From Candidatus Enterousia sp. (GTDB lineage: Bacteria; Pseudomonadota; Alphaproteobacteria; Rs-D84), in NCBI GenBank assembly GCA_045601765.1, contig JAZSAG010000006.1, positions 1 through 56,799 of the forward strand: DNA of 56,799 nucleotides, in the 5' to 3' direction. Position numbers and translations under genes: made by a program. Positions 54,162 to 56,799 of the stretch are shown in pieces. Below the pieces are notes generated by a model. The model was not told where the DNA came from. It made no database searches and saw only the letters and a program-made list of their open reading frames with translations. Each line of letters starts with the position of its first letter. The stretch's first letter is position 1.

Positions 54162-54238
54162 GGGTGGTTAGCTCAGTTGGTTAGAGCGTTACGTTGACAT
54201 CGTAAAGGTCGTTGGTTCGAGTCCAATACCACCCACCA
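54162..54238 (+). tRNA. tRNA-Val (GAC), intact; its first 42 nt form attR
   Basis: Cloverleaf GGGTGGT..GCTC-AGTTGGTTA-GAGC..TTACG-TTGACAT-CGTAA..GTTGG-TTCGAGT-CCAAT..ACCACCCACCA. 77 nt. Confidence 0.93.
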
Positions 54239-54244
54239 GTTTTT

Positions 54245-54793
54245 TTAATGCAATCTTGGTGCCCAACAATCTTTTCTTAAATCGGTTATAAGTGTGTTGC
54301 GACTTTTTACAAAGGCTTGAACTTCTTTTATGCGATCTGCCTCGCTTAAATCCAATGGTCTTAGTTTTAAATTAGAAAACCACCCGGGTAATTCGCACGT
54401 GATAAACATACACAGATAACTTTGTCTGTATCCAGAATAACACTTGCGAACCGTATCCAGTGCGCGTTCAAGTCGAATTTTTTCAATTGGTTTGAATTCT
54501 GTTTGGGAAAATTTTGGGACGTTACCGGCCATAATTTCTTTTTTAATCATATCAGAATTTTGGAAATACAGCCCTTCGTACGGGCCGCGTTCACCATTCA
54601 TAAAACACATATTGTACATTGGTGAATCTTTGGGAAATTTGTATTCGGGGTACAAAGACGCATATTCCAGCCACAGCAAATATAACAGTCGCCCTGCTTT
54701 CAGTGTCGGAACATTTTTTACGCCATGATGCTTGGTCACCTCGTTTACAAGATATATAATAGTATTTTCATTCAGGTGTTTTCGTTTATCCAT
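54245..54793 (-). CDS. Panacea/DUF4065 (SocA-like antitoxin) domain protein, with no adjacent partner
   Basis: ...TLKAGRLLYLLWLEYASLY... and ...FMNGERGPYEGLYF... resemble the KLQKLLYF and W.yGPV...vY signatures of the domain. Confidence 0.55.
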   Translation of the reverse strand: MDKRKHLNENTIIYLVNEVTKHHGVKNVPTLKAGRLLYLLWLEYASLYPEYKFPKDSPMYNMCFMNGERGPYEGLYFQNSDMIKKEIMAGNVPKFSQTEFKPIEKIRLERALDTVRKCYSGYRQSYLCMFITCELPGWFSNLKLRPLDLSEADRIKEVQAFVKSRNTLITDLRKDCWAPRLH

Positions 54794-54914
54794 ATTTGTC
54801 CCTGTTTATACACCATAAATGTAGCGTTTTTATTTGTTTTTTCAAGGTTTTATAAATATTGATTTATTGAAAATATGTTTTATAATTCCTTGGTTAGTTT
54901 TCAAGAGGCAAAAA

Positions 54915-56799
54915 ATGGCAAAAAAATATTTAATTACATCTGCATTACCATACGTAAACAATAATCTGCATATTGGGCATTTAATTGGATGTCTGTTGCC
55001 GTCCGACGTTTATGCGCGTTATTGCCGGGCGCGTGGTCGTGATGTTTTATTTGTTTGCGGGTCTGATGAACACGGCACAGCCAGTGAAATTGGTGCATAC
55101 AAAGAAAATATGCCTGTTGAAGATTATGTTGAAAAATATCGTTCATACCAATTGCAATCTGTTAAAGATTTTAATTTGTCATTTGATGTGTTTGGTCGGA
55201 CGCATACAAAATTGCATGAAAAATTAATCCAGGATTTATTTTTACGCCTTGAATCTCGTGGATTACTAGAAGAAAAAGTATCTATGCAACCCTATTCTGT
55301 CAAAGAAGAAAAGTTTTTGGCAGACCGCTTTGTTGTTGGCACATGTCCAAAATGCGGTTATGAACATGCGTATGGTAATGAATGCGATAAATGTTTTGCA
55401 AATTTGGAGCCATCGCAATTAATAAATCCACACAGTGCAGTTGTGCCAGATTCCCCTGTTGAAATGCGTGAAACAAAACATTTGTATTTCAAATACAGCG
55501 CAATGCAAGATGCACTGCGTGCATGGATTGATTCACGTATTGGTTGGCCCAAGACCGCACTTTCTATTGCGAACAAATGGTTAAGTGAAGGTTTACAAGA
55601 CGGCCCAATTACCCGTGATTTAAAATGGGGAATTCCTGTAAATAAACCGGGTTATGAAAACAAAGTTTTTTATGTTTGGTTTGATGCACCATGGGGTTAT
55701 GTGTCTATTTCCCAGGCTGCGAATGAAAATTGGGCAGATTGGTGGCATGGCGGTGACGGTGTACACTATGCACAGTTTATGGGCAAAGATAATGTAAAAT
55801 TTCATGCCGTATTTTTCCCAGAACAGCAGTTGGCAATGAACGATAATTGGAAAACTGTTGATATGTTAAAGGCGATGAATTTCCTGAACTTTGAAGGTGG
55901 TAAATTTTCAAAATCACAAAAGCGTGGAATATTCTTGGACAGTGCAATTGACGACGCGCCTGCGGATGCGTGGCGCTATGCGTTGTTGGCGTCTGCCCCG
56001 GAAACAGATGATACAGACTTTACAATTGCGCGCTTTGCCGATATTGTGAACAAAGACCTGAATGGCATGTTGGGCAACTTTGTTAGTCGCGTATGCAAAC
56101 TGACCGCGAAAAACTTTGGCAATACTGTTCCGGTGGCTGGCGACTGGGATGCGGACCTGGAATCCCAGATTAATGAAAAGTTATCAGAACTGACGTCCGC
56201 GTTGGACGCGTGCGAATTTCGTGGTGCAATTGCGGCACTGCGCGGGCTGTATGCGATTGGCAATGAATATATGACAAAAATGGAACCATGGGCGCGTGTT
56301 AAGAATGGCGACATGGCGGGTGCGGGAAATGCGCTGAACAAATGTTTTCAGTTAATTGACCTGTACGCGCGTGTATCTGCGCCGTTTATTCCAACTGCGG
56401 CGGAAAAAATTCAGAATGTTTTCGCCGACAAACAAGATATGTCATGGCCGGAAAAATTTGTGTCACGCATTGCAGACGGTGCAGAATTTGTGGTGCCTGA
56501 AAACCTGTTCAGTCGAATTGATGAAGAAACGGTTGCGAAATTAACTGAAAAATACACACCCAAGGCAGAAGATAATTCTCCAAAACCGATTGTTGCAGAA
56601 ATTACGGACGTCCAAGACCATCCGGCGCGTAAAAATCTGCATATTTTGACTGTGAATACGGGCACGGGTACACTTCAGATTGTGTGTGGCGCCCCTAATG
56701 TGTATGTGGGACTGCGTGGTGTTTTAGCACCCGTTGGATGCAAGTTGCCGGGCATGAAAAAGCCAATGACACAAAGAACAGTTGCAGGCGTCGAATCTT
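54915..56799 (+). CDS. metG: Methionine--tRNA ligase (3' end beyond the window)
   Basis: Not in the ORF track because there is no stop in the window. My translation is MAKKYLITSALPYVNNNLHIGHL..., with Zn knuckle CPKCGYEHAYGNECDKC, KFSKS, and a C-terminal tRNA-binding domain starting ...IVAEITDVQDHP.... Confidence 0.93.
   Translation, partial: MAKKYLITSALPYVNNNLHIGHLIGCLLPSDVYARYCRARGRDVLFVCGSDEHGTASEIGAYKENMPVEDYVEKYRSYQLQSVKDFNLSFDVFGRTHTKLHEKLIQDLFLRLESRGLLEEKVSMQPYSVKEEKFLADRFVVGTCPKCGYEHAYGNECDKCFANLEPSQLINPHSAVVPDSPVEMRETKHLYFKYSAMQDALRAWIDSRIGWPKTALSIANKWLSEGLQDGPITRDLKWGIPVNKPGYENKVFYVWFDAPWGYVSISQAANENWADWWHGGDGVHYAQFMGKDNVKFHAVFFPEQQLAMNDNWKTVDMLKAMNFLNFEGGKFSKSQKRGIFLDSAIDDAPADAWRYALLASAPETDDTDFTIARFADIVNKDLNGMLGNFVSRVCKLTAKNFGNTVPVAGDWDADLESQINEKLSELTSALDACEFRGAIAALRGLYAIGNEYMTKMEPWARVKNGDMAGAGNALNKCFQLIDLYARVSAPFIPTAAEKIQNVFADKQDMSWPEKFVSRIADGAEFVVPENLFSRIDEETVAKLTEKYTPKAEDNSPKPIVAEITDVQDHPARKNLHILTVNTGTGTLQIVCGAPNVYVGLRGVLAPVGCKLPGMKKPMTQRTVAGVES

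Larger units (their letters stand above)
41984..54203. mobile_element. ~12.2 kb integrative (defence-type) island inserted in tRNA-Val(GAC)
   Basis: 42-bp direct repeats, xis+int next to attL, and R-M and Rep-like cargo. The intact tRNA lies at the distal end. Confidence 0.8.

Noticed and set aside
1-56799. A scan of the whole window for CRISPR arrays, rRNA genes and IS transposases.
   Set aside because: No regularly spaced repeat-spacer arrays, no rRNA-like conserved stretches and no transposase-like ORFs were seen. The tandem repeats that are present (41863-42025 and 45851-45942) have only two or three units.

Overview
AT-rich bacterial chromosomal segment. The proteins look proteobacterial (alpha-type SspB, VirB3/VirB4, TolC, MreCD), perhaps from an intracellular alphaproteobacterial lineage, but this is inference only. 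The housekeeping backbone is: a virB3-virB4 T4SS fragment, rpmJ, ychF, a tightly packed minus-strand operon mreC-mreD-mrdA-rodA-topA-dnaG, rpmI-rplT-pheS-pheT, an AMP-dependent ligase, xthA, a MacA-like adaptor with TolC, tRNA-Cys, recF, sspB, tRNA-Thr(GGT), aspS, ileS, nth, a MacB-like ABC pair, der, tRNA-Thr(CGT), tRNA-Val(GAC) and metG (open at the right edge). The accessory content is all linked to tRNA genes. (1) A ~12.2 kb integrative island (41984-54203) is bounded by a 42-bp direct repeat of the 5' part of tRNA-Val. It carries xis/int, an HTH protein, a COG1373-type ATPase with a PD-(D/E)xK-like tail, a translationally coupled type I R-M operon (hsdM-hsdS-small TM ORF-hsdR) and an HUH Rep-like gene with a nearby 37-bp palindrome. 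(2) A second, much smaller integrase+RhuM element with the same architecture sits at the left edge. (3) A 62-bp duplication of the tRNA-Cys 3' end plus terminator flanks a 138-bp GC-rich insert just upstream of recF. (4) A ~430-bp cassette next to tRNA-Thr(GGT) holds a 109-nt strongly structured RNA and a small GIY-YIG protein. Two aminoacyl-tRNA synthetase leaders stand out: a canonical T-box antiterminator core upstream of aspS, and an Ile-codon-run leader peptide with overlapping antiterminator/terminator upstream of ileS. No rRNA, CRISPR array or IS transposase was seen.
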